A DNA stretch of 44,854 bases, taken from the IMG/VR virus record IMGVR_UViG_3300027819_000020, positions 1 to 44,854 of that record; one strand, given 5' to 3'. The stretch comes from a virus. Lineage: Duplodnaviria > Caudoviricetes. How positions within the stretch are numbered: the first letter of the stretch is position 1; each line of letters starts with the position of its first letter. This document shows positions 34,684 through 43,949 of this stretch, piece by piece. Under the pieces are notes generated by a model. That model was not told the origin of the DNA, did not search any database, and worked only from the letters and a program-made list of their open reading frames with translations. A program made the position numbers and the translations under genes.

Positions 34684-36282
34684 TTATTCGCTCTTGTTGG
34701 ATGCTTCGGCGAGGCGCCGCTTGTACGCGTAGGCGTCCTCATCCTTCAGCGGCAGCAGCGTCACCTTGACGCCCAGCATGGCGGCAGCCTCGCGGGTCAC
34801 AGCCTCGGCCTTCCGCCCGTCGTCCGGCGCGCCCTGACCTCCGCCCTTCACCTCGGCCTTGAGCATGCCCTTGTCGCGCAAGGCGCGGAGCTTGCCCAGC
34901 TCGCCTTCGATGACGGCCTTCTGCTCGTCCTCCGCCTTGCCCGCTAGCAGTGGCCGTACAGCGTCGTGCCACACCTCGGGCAAGGCCAACTCGCGCAGGA
35001 GCCGGTCGCCGCGCTCCACGCTCTCACGGGCGGTGGCCTGAGCCTCCAGTGCCGTGATGCGCTGATCTCGCGTCGCCAGTTGCTCGCGCAGGGTCTGGAC
35101 CTCGGATTCCTCGCTCATCTGTGCCTCCTTCAAGGCTGTGATCTCGGCGTCACGGCGCTTGACGGCGTCCGTCTGCCGTTCGCTCTGCATCTCGCGCCGC
35201 AGCCGCTCCAAGTGCGCCGGGCTGGCCTCGCGCCACTGCTCGTAGCTCGCAGCCGCCAGGAGCGCGGCAGTTTCTTCCGACGTGCTGGCGCGGATAGCCT
35301 GGAATCCGCCACCGGCCGCCGGCGTCGTCACGATGTCAGCGGAGAAGCCGCGCGTGATGTCTTCGACGATCTGACCCTTGCGACCCTCAGCCTCGCCCTC
35401 CGCCATGCGGCCCACGGCGTTGATGCTCACGCCCACCAGGTCGCGGCCCGCCCGCTTGGCCTCACGGGCCAGCGCGCTCACGTGGGGGGCATGCATGCCG
35501 AGCAGCCGCAGGTCGGCGACAGCGCGGCCATCCTGGTCCACGCGGGCCCCCTCGTAGTAGCCGGCCAGGTCTCGCACGCTGCGCTCTGGCCTGTCGCGTT
35601 CGTCGGACTTCGACGGGTGGTCCAGGAAAGCGCGGGTGCCCTCCCAGTGCGCCACGCTGCGCGCCACGACCTCGCGGGAGTAGTAGCGACCATTCTTCGA
35701 CCAGCCGGGGGCCAGCAGCACGACGTTGCGCAGCCGGTCGCCGCCCTCGGCCTCTTCGAGTTCGATGCCGGAGAGGTCGCCCGACTCGCTGAGCAGCGCG
35801 GCTGTAGGAGAAGGAGCGACAGATTGATCGCTATAGACGCAGAGCCCAGCACTCTCATAAGTGGCCCGGACTAGTTTTGGTTCCTCATCAGCGAGAATAA
35901 CCTCCCCCTTCGCTGAAATCGTGTAGTGCAACCGATGAAGTCCGGTGCGGTTCGCGATACGTAGGATAACTGCGTCATCCAGCACGTCCTCGCACCATGC
36001 GCCGGAAGGGTAGACGTTCTCTTGCCTAGGGAATCGCTTGGAGACCGCGTCTTCTACTGCACGCACACGCTGGGTTATCGATTCCGACTCCCCCAATACG
36101 GCATAGATGCTCTCTCTCACGCCCTTCATGGCGGCGTGGGCGATGGCCATGGCTTTGCCCTCATCGCCCTGGTGCTGGGCCATGGCCGAGTTGAAGGCAG
36201 CAGCGAAGGCCCGGCGCTTCTTGGCGCTGGCCTTCTTCACATCGTCGGGGAGCTTGGGGTCCTCGGGACCGCTGTACGGCAA
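34684..36282 (-). CDS. prohead protease/scaffold with N-terminal ChaB-like domain
   Basis: MPYS...LP..V...AFNSA...DE..A.AIA.AA.K; GWSKNGRYY, FLDHP, GVSIN, SADIVTTPAAGG; coiled-coil tail. Confidence 0.85.
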   Translation of the reverse strand: MPYSGPEDPKLPDDVKKASAKKRRAFAAAFNSAMAQHQGDEGKAMAIAHAAMKGVRESIYAVLGESESITQRVRAVEDAVSKRFPRQENVYPSGAWCEDVLDDAVILRIANRTGLHRLHYTISAKGEVILADEEPKLVRATYESAGLCVYSDQSVAPSPTAALLSESGDLSGIELEEAEGGDRLRNVVLLAPGWSKNGRYYSREVVARSVAHWEGTRAFLDHPSKSDERDRPERSVRDLAGYYEGARVDQDGRAVADLRLLGMHAPHVSALAREAKRAGRDLVGVSINAVGRMAEGEAEGRKGQIVEDITRGFSADIVTTPAAGGGFQAIRASTSEETAALLAAASYEQWREASPAHLERLRREMQSERQTDAVKRRDAEITALKEAQMSEESEVQTLREQLATRDQRITALEAQATARESVERGDRLLRELALPEVWHDAVRPLLAGKAEDEQKAVIEGELGKLRALRDKGMLKAEVKGGGQGAPDDGRKAEAVTREAAAMLGVKVTLLPLKDEDAYAYKRRLAEASNKSE

Positions 36283-36298
36283 AAGACCGCCTCCTTTC

Positions 36299-36322
36299 GG
36301 GGGCGGTCGGGGCCGCTCAGGA
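36299..36322 (-). repeat. 24-bp late leader motif, copy 2
   Basis: Identical to 23889-23912. Confidence 0.9.
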
Positions 36323-36348
36323 TGGGTGCGGCGTCTGGCGCCGCTGGA

Positions 36349-36612
36349 CTACGTCAAAGCAGACTCTAGCACCATGACTGGCCCCTGCGCAAGCCGGGCC
36401 AGCAGCGCGGCGGCCACGACGGGCAGCGATGCCTCAGTTACCGTGGCCTCCAGGAGCTGGGCCAGGGGGACAGCGATCTCGTGATTCTCGCCATGATGGC
36501 GGGCGCGGAGCACCAGATGACCAGCGCTAATCATCGCGACCGGCAGCAGACATGGCGCCGTGGGCAATGATCCGCGCGCGGGGAGAGTCGCCTCGCAGCG
36601 CAGCGCGGTCAT
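36349..36612 (-). CDS. hypothetical protein
   Basis: ATGA-coupled to the MuF stop. Confidence 0.55.
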   Translation of the reverse strand: MTALRCEATLPARGSLPTAPCLLPVAMISAGHLVLRARHHGENHEIAVPLAQLLEATVTEASLPVVAAALLARLAQGPVMVLESALT

Positions 36613-37631
36613 TCTCGCTTCGCCTGCGGTGCCTTCGTCGCCTTCGTCCCGGCGAGCCCGCCGTCCTCAGCACCGCCGATGTTCTGCTTCGCTGCCCAGT
36701 CGGCGTAGGTCTCACGCGGCCCGAGCATGGGATTCATCACGGCGGGAGCCTGGGAACAGCGGCACATCGGATGAAGGGGCGGCCGTCGCTGTCCCGAGTC
36801 GAGCTTGAACACGCGCCCGTCAAGCTTCGCGCAGTCCGGGTCCGTGCGCTTGTCCTGCGTGGCGATCCACTCCCACCCCGTGAGCACATCGCGGTTCTCG
36901 CGCATCACGGCTTCCATTCCGATGTTGCTCGTGCGGATGAGCTCCGAACGGGCGATCCGCTCCAGTTGTGCCGTAAGCCCGGTCAACCTCACCGCCCGGC
37001 GGTGGCCCACCGGGAAGCGGAAGTCGGGGCTCAGGTTCCAGCCTAGCTCCTGACTGAGCCGGTGCATCGCCTTGCCGATGGGGTCGCCCTGAGCTTGGCT
37101 CGTAGCCACGGCGCGCCGCATGCGGCGGATGAAGTCCTGCCGCGCATCACCAAAGCGCATGAACCACGTCGACCCCTCGTACGGCGCGTTGATCGCGGCG
37201 GCCACGGCCTCCTGGGGCACTGGCCCATAGCGTAGGCTCTCGGGCGCCACCAGGTTCGCCATGACCCAGGCGCGACCATAGTAGCCGGCGCGGTAGGCTC
37301 GCTCGGCCTGACTGCGCAGGAAGGGCTCGCTGCTGTTGAGGATGCGTTGAGCACCGGCGTCTAGCTCGGCCAGCAGCCAGTCGTTGCGAGCCATGGCGCC
37401 GGCGTCGGTGAGCTGCCAGCGTCCGTCGGGCCCGGCTGCCGCGAAGGCCCGGACGATGGCCTGAGCCATGGGCTGCGCTCCGATGGCGGTTCGGGCGTAG
37501 AGCCCGCGCACCGCCTCTAGCTCCAGGCCGAACAGGCGACCACGCAGCCACTGCTCCAGTTGCAGGAGGCGAAGGCGGGCCCGGACCTCTGGTGGCGTCG
37601 CCTCACGGAGGGGGCTAGCGGCGCCGCCCAG
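36609..37631 (-). CDS. minor head protein (MuF / SPP1 gp7 family); inferred CTG start
   Basis: ERIARSE, WIATQDKRT...C..LDG, PPLHPMCRC. The ORF track starts it at 37511. Confidence 0.85.
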   Translation of the reverse strand: MGGAASPLREATPPEVRARLRLLQLEQWLRGRLFGLELEAVRGLYARTAIGAQPMAQAIVRAFAAAGPDGRWQLTDAGAMARNDWLLAELDAGAQRILNSSEPFLRSQAERAYRAGYYGRAWVMANLVAPESLRYGPVPQEAVAAAINAPYEGSTWFMRFGDARQDFIRRMRRAVATSQAQGDPIGKAMHRLSQELGWNLSPDFRFPVGHRRAVRLTGLTAQLERIARSELIRTSNIGMEAVMRENRDVLTGWEWIATQDKRTDPDCAKLDGRVFKLDSGQRRPPLHPMCRCSQAPAVMNPMLGPRETYADWAAKQNIGGAEDGGLAGTKATKAPQAKRE

Positions 37632-37833
37632 GTGATGCCTCCACCAGCGGGACCTCCTGGCTCACCGGCGCCGTCACTGACCCATCGGGCCGCAGGTCGG
37701 CCGCAGCGAACGCTGCATGGCAGTTGACGCACTCGTACACCACCCGGACGCGCGACTCGCTCGCGTCCAGGCCCAGCGAGACCACCTCACGGCGCTCAAA
37801 GTAGAGTGCTCGACAGTTAGGGCACCTCAGCAT
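37615..37833 (-). CDS. Zn-ribbon protein
   Basis: MLRCPNC...YECVNC; GGAGGAG RBS. Confidence 0.65.
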   Translation of the reverse strand: MLRCPNCRALYFERREVVSLGLDASESRVRVVYECVNCHAAFAAADLRPDGSVTAPVSQEVPLVEASPGRRR

Positions 37834-39271
37834 TGTTCGGCTCCTCCTCTGGCTCCTCTTCTGGCTCGCCCTCATCCTCGGGCGGCGCGCCATACGTCGG
37901 CGGCAGCTCCTGCCGCTCGGCAGACATGTACTTCTGCTCCTGCTCCCAGTCGTAGCCGGCGCGCTGCGAGGCCGTGCGAGTGCTCACCCAGCCATTGGCC
38001 GCGTGGATCGCCAACGCCTCCGCCAGGTTCTTCGGGTCATCTTCGACGATGTCTGGCAGAGTCACGTCGAACGCGTCGCAGATGCGCACCTGCTCGCTCG
38101 TTGGCTGGCCGTCGTCGTCCACGGCATCAACCATCTTGTCCAGGTCCCCCAGCGTGGCCAACAGAACGGCCTCGTAGATCGGGCGCCAGACCTGCTTCGT
38201 GTAGATGTCCTGATAATCCGCAAACGACTTGAGGGCCGGGAGCTGCTGGCTCTTGGTTGTGGCCAAGTTGCTGTTCTCGCCATCGGCCATCATGTATTCG
38301 GGCAGGCCGAGGCCCACGATGGACATGAGCTTGATCTGGCGCCCGTCCTCGCTCGCGTCTCTGGCTCCGACGTCCTGGTCCAGCTTGGTCAGCGTCTCGC
38401 GGTCGCTAGTGACGAGGATGCTGTTGGGCTCCGGTGGCCGTCGGAAGCGGGAGCGTATCGCCGCGATCTGAGACGGGCCGGCACCCTGAGCCTGGAGGTG
38501 GTACAGCACGCCCAGATATCGGTTGATGCGTGCTCGGTTCTCAAGCCACTGCTTGTGGGCCGTGAGCCACGGGAGAATGGCAAACAACTCGGGCCGGCCT
38601 CGCACCTCGTAGGCCAGCGAGTTGATGGCACAGTGCACGATCTCATCCGCGTCGATGCGCTGGCTCGTACCCGTAGTGTGGACGGGCGAGGTAGGCGCCC
38701 CCGAGCCAGTCTCTGGCACGATCCAATAGGCCACGACCTCCGTGCGGTCCTCAGGCTCCGTCTCGACTGCCTCCACGAGCCATGGCTTCAGGGGCAGCAC
38801 GCGCACGTCGGCGAACTCATCCTGGAGGCCGTTGCTAAACCGCCGCAGGAACAACTCGCCGTCGACCAGGAGCTGGTCGAATAGCTGCTTCTCCCAGCGC
38901 TCTACGTGCTGGCGGTGTTGCCGGCGCCACGCCTCGATGATGTTCTCGACCACCGGGGAGCGGTAGGCGAGCTGGACCCCCTGGCCCACGACGAAACGGC
39001 GGATGAGGCCCACGCCTTGCTTCGCTAGCGGGTTGCGCTCCCACGCCTGGTGAGCGCGTAGGAGTTGCTCCCGCCGCTCGACGTAGGACCACTCCTGGGG
39101 CTCGTTGGCTTGGCTCTGTGGGCGCCCCAGCCGTTCGGCATCGCGGCGCGAGTAGGGGGTGCCGAACTCGCTGGGGAAGTCGATGTCCTGCTCGGCCAGC
39201 GCACCCTCCAGAAGCTCGGCCAGTGGGTCAGGGCCGGCGAGGCGCCGTAGCCAGTCACGCCAGGACATCAC
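37817..39271 (-). CDS. portal protein
   Basis: Follows TerL; NPLAK, DGELF, RGRPEL, acidic C-terminus. Confidence 0.85.
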   Translation of the reverse strand: MMSWRDWLRRLAGPDPLAELLEGALAEQDIDFPSEFGTPYSRRDAERLGRPQSQANEPQEWSYVERREQLLRAHQAWERNPLAKQGVGLIRRFVVGQGVQLAYRSPVVENIIEAWRRQHRQHVERWEKQLFDQLLVDGELFLRRFSNGLQDEFADVRVLPLKPWLVEAVETEPEDRTEVVAYWIVPETGSGAPTSPVHTTGTSQRIDADEIVHCAINSLAYEVRGRPELFAILPWLTAHKQWLENRARINRYLGVLYHLQAQGAGPSQIAAIRSRFRRPPEPNSILVTSDRETLTKLDQDVGARDASEDGRQIKLMSIVGLGLPEYMMADGENSNLATTKSQQLPALKSFADYQDIYTKQVWRPIYEAVLLATLGDLDKMVDAVDDDGQPTSEQVRICDAFDVTLPDIVEDDPKNLAEALAIHAANGWVSTRTASQRAGYDWEQEQKYMSAERQELPPTYGAPPEDEGEPEEEPEEEPNNAEVP

Positions 39272-39390
39272 ATGCAGCCCTCAGGATCAAGGGGCACGAA
39301 CCGGCAACTGAGGCACTTCTTCTGCGGCAACCTGGGGTTGCAGAAGAACCCACACCCACACCGCTCGCAGGTCAGTAGCAGGAGCTGCAT
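39268..39390 (-). CDS. 40-aa Cys-rich protein
   Basis: MQLLLLTCERCG...KCLSC. Confidence 0.5.
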   Translation of the reverse strand: MQLLLLTCERCGCGFFCNPRLPQKKCLSCRFVPLDPEGCM

Positions 39391-39392
39391 CG

Positions 39393-39554
39393 TCAGAACT
39401 CCCCCGCGTCATCGGGGCGCCAGCGCCCGGAGTCGCGTACCTGCCAGCCCTGCTCGTCACGCCGCACGAAGTCCGGCTTCGGTGGCCTGTGGTCGGTGCC
39501 CTCGTAAGGCTGCTCGGGGTAGATCATCTCGCCGGGGAACTCAGGTTCGGGCAT
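39393..39554 (-). CDS. hypothetical protein (53 aa)
   Basis: TGATG-coupled to TerL. Confidence 0.5.
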   Translation of the reverse strand: MPEPEFPGEMIYPEQPYEGTDHRPPKPDFVRRDEQGWQVRDSGRWRPDDAGEF

Positions 39555-40870
39555 CAGTACGCGCTCCGGCTGTACTCGAACGGCTCCGGCTCGTACATCT
39601 CGGCGTCCAGGCTCCCGGCGCCCTCGCTCAACTCAGTCAGAGCATACACCAGGGCGTCGACCATGTCATCATGATCGTCGTTGGTCTTCGACAGGTCCAG
39701 GGCCCCGAACGTGCACATCTGTTCCTCGGCCCGCTCCATCGCGGTACCCACGTGGTGGACGCGCCCCTGCTCGTACAGCGCCGCGATAGGCTCGGCCCGG
39801 ACCTTTTTGCCGCGTGAGGCGTGGATCGTCTTCAGGGCGATATCCTGCCGCACGGTGCGGATGTTGCTCTCGACCATCTCGCCGCCGTTGTTGATCTCGC
39901 CCACCATCCGGTCAGCCTGATACTGGTCATACAGGTCCACCGCAAGCCGGGCCCAGCCTAGCGGACTCCGGCGGTAGCCCTCGATGTGCAGGGCGTAGTA
40001 GTCGCCGTTGCTGCCCAGAGCTGCCACTGCGATGCCGGTCTCGTCAGATTCCGGGCCGTGGGTTGTTGCCGGGTCGACGGCCGCGACAACGCGGACAAGG
40101 GTGATCTGGGCAGGCACCGCCGGGACGCGGTGCTCGTCTATCATGGCGCGATTCCACAGCGCCCCCTCCAGCTCCTCGATGTCCTGGCCCAGCAGCTCCT
40201 GGCGCTCCAGACGGGTGCCGGCGTAGCGGCGCACGAGGCGCGCGGCCACGCGGGGCGACAGGTACGGGTTCTGGTACATGGTCCCGTAGGAGACGGCCGT
40301 GCTGGGCAACTTCTCCAGTTCGCGCAGGAACTTGCGCGCCTTGGGCGTCGTGGTAGCGATGGCTACCGGGCGCTCGCCGACGCGGACGCCGAACTGGGCT
40401 TGATCCCAGGACTCGACATTCCACAGCGCCAGCTCGTCAGCCCAGAGGAGAGTCCACTGCGGCCCATTCCAGCGGTCCGGCTCCTCGCTGCCCAGGAACT
40501 TCACATAGCCGCCATCCCTGTGGCGCGCCTCGCCCATGGAACGGTTGTACAGACTGAACTCGTCACGGTGCAGGGTGATGAGACCTGACTCGCCCTCAGC
40601 GCACACGTCACGCGCGTCGGGGAAGGTCGGAGCACCGACGCCAACGCGGGCCTTGGCCCCGAGGCTGCGCAGGTGCGCCATGACGTACTCAACGCCGGCG
40701 CGAGTCTTGCCGCTGCCACGGCCACCCTTGATGAGCCAGAGGTCCCAGTCCCAGTCGGGCGGCGCGAAATGAGGGAGCGGCTGGTAGGCTGTGTGTTTCT
40801 GCCGCCAGAGGCGCACGCGAGCGACCTCGACGGCGCGGGCCTCAGGTGTGGCCAAGTGTTGGGACGACAT
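39554..40870 (-). CDS. terL: terminase large subunit
   Basis: GGRGSGKT, WADELA, TTTP, AVDPA, HDDMVDALVYA. Confidence 0.97.
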   Translation of the reverse strand: MSSQHLATPEARAVEVARVRLWRQKHTAYQPLPHFAPPDWDWDLWLIKGGRGSGKTRAGVEYVMAHLRSLGAKARVGVGAPTFPDARDVCAEGESGLITLHRDEFSLYNRSMGEARHRDGGYVKFLGSEEPDRWNGPQWTLLWADELALWNVESWDQAQFGVRVGERPVAIATTTPKARKFLRELEKLPSTAVSYGTMYQNPYLSPRVAARLVRRYAGTRLERQELLGQDIEELEGALWNRAMIDEHRVPAVPAQITLVRVVAAVDPATTHGPESDETGIAVAALGSNGDYYALHIEGYRRSPLGWARLAVDLYDQYQADRMVGEINNGGEMVESNIRTVRQDIALKTIHASRGKKVRAEPIAALYEQGRVHHVGTAMERAEEQMCTFGALDLSKTNDDHDDMVDALVYALTELSEGAGSLDAEMYEPEPFEYSRSAY

Positions 40871-41266
40871 CCGGGTCTATCAAGTCTACCAGAACTGCGC
40901 GTGATCCCCGTGGACCCGAGCCTGCCGGCCCTAGATGTGCCCGGTGCCCCTCCCAGCAATAGCGCCAGCCAGGGCGACATCCCCAGCACGGTGCCTGCTC
41001 CTCTGGCAGCGGCGCATGAGCGGCGTAAGAGATGCGTTTCGAGCAGCGCCGTCGAAGCGCGGCGCGAGCCTCAGGGCTTGTGGTCATGCTATGATCAGCA
41101 CCAATGAGAGACGCACTCGCGCCCTGACCGCCCGCACCGGCGACGACGGCCGGGGGCAGATCATCCGGGACGCCCGGAACTCACAGCCAGCAACGGAAAC
41201 GGAGCTGCGCTAACTGCGTCCAACAGAAACGCGAGTCGCGGGTTGCAAGCCCCGCCATGGGGGGCC

Positions 41267-41512
41267 TCAGACCCATATCGCTCCACAGTAGATACATCGC
41301 CCCGTGTTGTCAGGATCCTCGTGGCCGTCCCATTCGCAGACGTGATTCCGTAGACCGAACGGGGGATCGTCATCTAAAGCCTGCTCGGGGCTAGCGTCGC
41401 CCACTCCTCTCGACGGGAGCCCCCTCACGTACAGATAGAGATTCCGCCATATCTTCTGGCGCGTCGTTGCAGAGAAGCCCCCTCCCACCGCCTGTGCAAC
41501 TACCCGCCTCAC
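41267..41512 (-). CDS. hypothetical protein
   Basis: Coupled to the TerS stop. Confidence 0.5.
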   Translation of the reverse strand: MRRVVAQAVGGGFSATTRQKIWRNLYLYVRGLPSRGVGDASPEQALDDDPPFGLRNHVCEWDGHEDPDNTGRCIYCGAIWV

Positions 41513-42018
41513 CGTTGCCCCTCCTTGAGCACGACCAGGGCCTCGCGCATCACGTCCTCGACGCTCATGCCCGTCTCGCGTGCGGCGCGTTCGGCTTCCT
41601 GGCGTAGCAGGTCCTCGTCGATGTGCTCCTGGCGCCGTGATCCGGGGGCCGGGTAGAGGCCGAGCAACTTCGCGCGTTCGGCCAGGATGGCGCGGGCCTC
41701 AGCACTGGCGGCCAGGTCGCTGGGAATGATGACCTTGCCATCCGGGCCTGTGAGTCCCACCGCCTTGACCCAGCAGGCTACCAGGAGCCGGTCCAACCGC
41801 TGTAGGTTCATGGACAGCTCGCCCGCCACGTTCGCGCGGAGGTTTGCCTGTATGGCCGCTTGCACCGCCTCGAAGGCACCGTTACGCGCTCTATAGCCGA
41901 GCTTGGTTGCGATTTCCGGGTAGCCGACGCCAGCCATAGCGAGGGCGAGCGCCTGAGCCTGGCGCTGTTTGGCCAGCAGGCGCCGGGGGCTGGTCGTGGA
42001 CTCGCCGGGGCGGGCCAT
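41509..42018 (-). CDS. probable terminase small subunit (HTH)
   Basis: ALALAMAGVGYPEIATKLGY...RLDRL...RAKLLGL; upstream of TerL. Confidence 0.75.
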   Translation of the reverse strand: MARPGESTTSPRRLLAKQRQAQALALAMAGVGYPEIATKLGYRARNGAFEAVQAAIQANLRANVAGELSMNLQRLDRLLVACWVKAVGLTGPDGKVIIPSDLAASAEARAILAERAKLLGLYPAPGSRRQEHIDEDLLRQEAERAARETGMSVEDVMREALVVLKEGQR

Positions 42019-42233
42019 CAGAGCATCACCGCCCGCAGCAATCGCGATAGCGCCTGCCACGCGTGCGCGAGGCTGACCAAGCCTCCCGCGATCTCGCAAC
42101 TCGGAGGGGGCTCCGTCGGTGGAGGGGGTGGTGCCCTCAGCAGCCTGTAGCACGGCTCACAGTAGCGATTGCGGCTGGCGGGCGCCAGTGCGCGGCTCTG
42201 ACCGCAACGCCGACATGCCCCCCAGCGCCTCAT
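42018..42233 (-). CDS. Zn-finger hypothetical protein
   Basis: CRRC..YCEPC. Confidence 0.5.
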   Translation of the reverse strand: MRRWGACRRCGQSRALAPASRNRYCEPCYRLLRAPPPPPTEPPPSCEIAGGLVSLAHAWQALSRLLRAVML

Positions 42234-42457
42234 GCCGTCATTGTACTCCGTGCCCGCCACGCCTGCCGCGCCATTTCCAGGCACCGCGCGCACCGCGCCC
42301 GCCCTGGGGCCCGCTCGGCACCGCAGCCCAGGCAGCGCGCTTCACGCCGCCAACGGGCCCGTTTGGCGCGGGCAGCCGCAGCGGCGCGGTCCCCGCACGT
42401 GGCGCAGGTGCGCCGGCCTGGGCGGGCCTGGGCGAGGCACCGGCGGCACTCGCTCAC
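42230..42457 (-). CDS. Zn-finger basic protein
   Basis: Four CxxC pairs. Confidence 0.6.
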   Translation of the reverse strand: MSECRRCLAQARPGRRTCATCGDRAAAAARAKRARWRREARCLGCGAERAPGRARCARCLEMARQAWRARSTMTA

Positions 42458-42765
42458 TCGCAGCCCCCGTGTTTCTCCCAGCAGCTCGGGCAGTACTCCC
42501 GACGGCAACCCGAGCAGGTGTACGCGGATACGTGCGCCCGGCAGGTATCGCATATGAGCGGCGGCCCTGATACCCGAAGGCTCGCCCCGCACAGGTAGTC
42601 CCCCTCGTAGTACTGGTGCCCGTCCACCACTCGGCCGATGGCGCCCACGGCGTAGACCTGCCCGGCCTGAGCGATGCTCAGGCCCAGGAGCAGGACTCGC
42701 TCGGCCCTGCTCATGCACATGGGGCAGGTGATGCCCTGTAGCGCCCACCCGATTACGCCGGTCAT
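42454..42765 (-). CDS. Cys-rich protein
   Basis: Multiple CxxC; AGGAG RBS. Confidence 0.6.
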   Translation of the reverse strand: MTGVIGWALQGITCPMCMSRAERVLLLGLSIAQAGQVYAVGAIGRVVDGHQYYEGDYLCGASLRVSGPPLICDTCRAHVSAYTCSGCRREYCPSCWEKHGGCE

Positions 42766-42905
42766 CGTCTCGGCTCCTCCCAATTGTTCTTGGCCAGGTC
42801 GCGCAACGCTACGCCGGCCAGCCACAGCATGAGCCCGGCCAGGGTGAGCGCGCCCAGCAGCGCCCACTCGGGCGACTGGAGCCAGGGGATCAGCCAGCCC
42901 GTCAT
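42762..42905 (-). CDS. small membrane protein (47 aa)
   Basis: MTGWLIPWLQSPEWALLGALTLAGLMLWLAG... Confidence 0.55.
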   Translation of the reverse strand: MTGWLIPWLQSPEWALLGALTLAGLMLWLAGVALRDLAKNNWEEPRR

Positions 42906-43108
42906 GCGATCGTTACCCTAACGACGAGCGGCGGGCTCCCGCACTCGGCGCGGTGAGCCGGGTGCTCCATCGCATCCGACAGCGCGCGTAGGCCGTTACC
43001 TCGTAGGGCGGGATCAGCCCACGCTTCGATGCGGCGAGCTACCGCCTCCGCTGTGCCAGTCAGCGATACGCCGCCATGCTCCCACAGTATCCTCGTGTCC
43101 ATCATCAT
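42902..43108 (-). CDS. hypothetical early protein
   Basis: GGAGGAG RBS. Confidence 0.6.
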   Translation of the reverse strand: MMMDTRILWEHGGVSLTGTAEAVARRIEAWADPALRGNGLRALSDAMEHPAHRAECGSPPLVVRVTIA

Positions 43109-43119
43109 CTCTACTCCTC

Positions 43120-43341
43120 CTACGCCTGCCGGGTTGCCCCGGCCTCGGCGTCCTCTGCGTCCAACTGCTGCTCCGCCAACTCGGCAGCCTCCCGCGCTGT
43201 CCGTCGCGGGTCCTCTGAGTAATCTGGCGTGACCTCCTCACAGTAGAGAGACCATGCCCTACTATGCACGTCATCGGCGAGTTGCATTCGGTCCAGCCAC
43301 TCTCCGACCAGGTAGTCATGTTCGCTCGCGATCGCCGTCAT
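43120..43341 (-). CDS. acidic early protein
   Basis: AGGAG RBS; downstream of a strong promoter. Confidence 0.7.
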   Translation of the reverse strand: MTAIASEHDYLVGEWLDRMQLADDVHSRAWSLYCEEVTPDYSEDPRRTAREAAELAEQQLDAEDAEAGATRQA

Positions 43342-43436
43342 CGTCTCTCTCCTGCTACGCCTGCCGGGTTGGTTTCCTGGTTTCGGGGACTCGTGCGGGT
43401 CCTCATGGTTCTCTCTCCTCTCCTGTCTCTAGTAGT

Positions 43437-43465
43437 AGACTACCACGCCTAGTAGCGCGTGTCAA
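43437..43465 (-). promoter_or_regulatory. sigma70-type promoter
   Basis: TTGACA-17-TAGTCT with a TG extension. Confidence 0.8.
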
Positions 43466-43652
43466 GTAGGTTGTGGCACGAGTTACAGGGCACCCGCGAA
43501 ATCTTTATCTGGCGTTCTAGTCCTGTGCTAGCGCCCCCGCCTGCCCCGGACGCCGGCCAGGAAAACGCGCCGGGCTGGGGCTTTGATTCGCCTCGCGCCA
43601 TTGCCAGACCTTCGCGCCGTCACTGATGCCGCACAGAACAACGCCAGCACAC

Positions 43653-43949
43653 TCATAGCTCCCTCTCCGCCGCGCTCAGCTCGCCCCGGTCGTTGTAGGG
43701 CGCGCCATAGCCGCGCGGCAGCCGGAGCGCACCACAGCACCGCACGCAGCGCGGGCGACCCATCCGGCTGAGCACGCCCGGCATGGCGAAGCGCCCCCGC
43801 GCGCCGCAGACAGCGATGCCATCGCCCCAGATGCGCTCGCCGCCCTTCCACTCAATCTCCGCGATCCGATGCAGCACGCGCCACGACGGCAGCACGAGCC
43901 ACCGTTCGTGCCATTGAGCAAGGGCAAGGGGCGCTCTCACGCCAGCCAC
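43653..43949 (-). CDS. hypothetical protein
   Basis: H..CG...CVRC pattern. Confidence 0.55.
   Translation of the reverse strand: MAGVRAPLALAQWHERWLVLPSWRVLHRIAEIEWKGGERIWGDGIAVCGARGRFAMPGVLSRMGRPRCVRCCGALRLPRGYGAPYNDRGELSAAEREL

Noticed and set aside
40875-41260. ORFs between TerS and TerL, and a plus-strand TGCTATGAT at 41087-41095
   Set aside because: Low-quality ORFs; a single motif with only a 7-codon ORF downstream and no other support.
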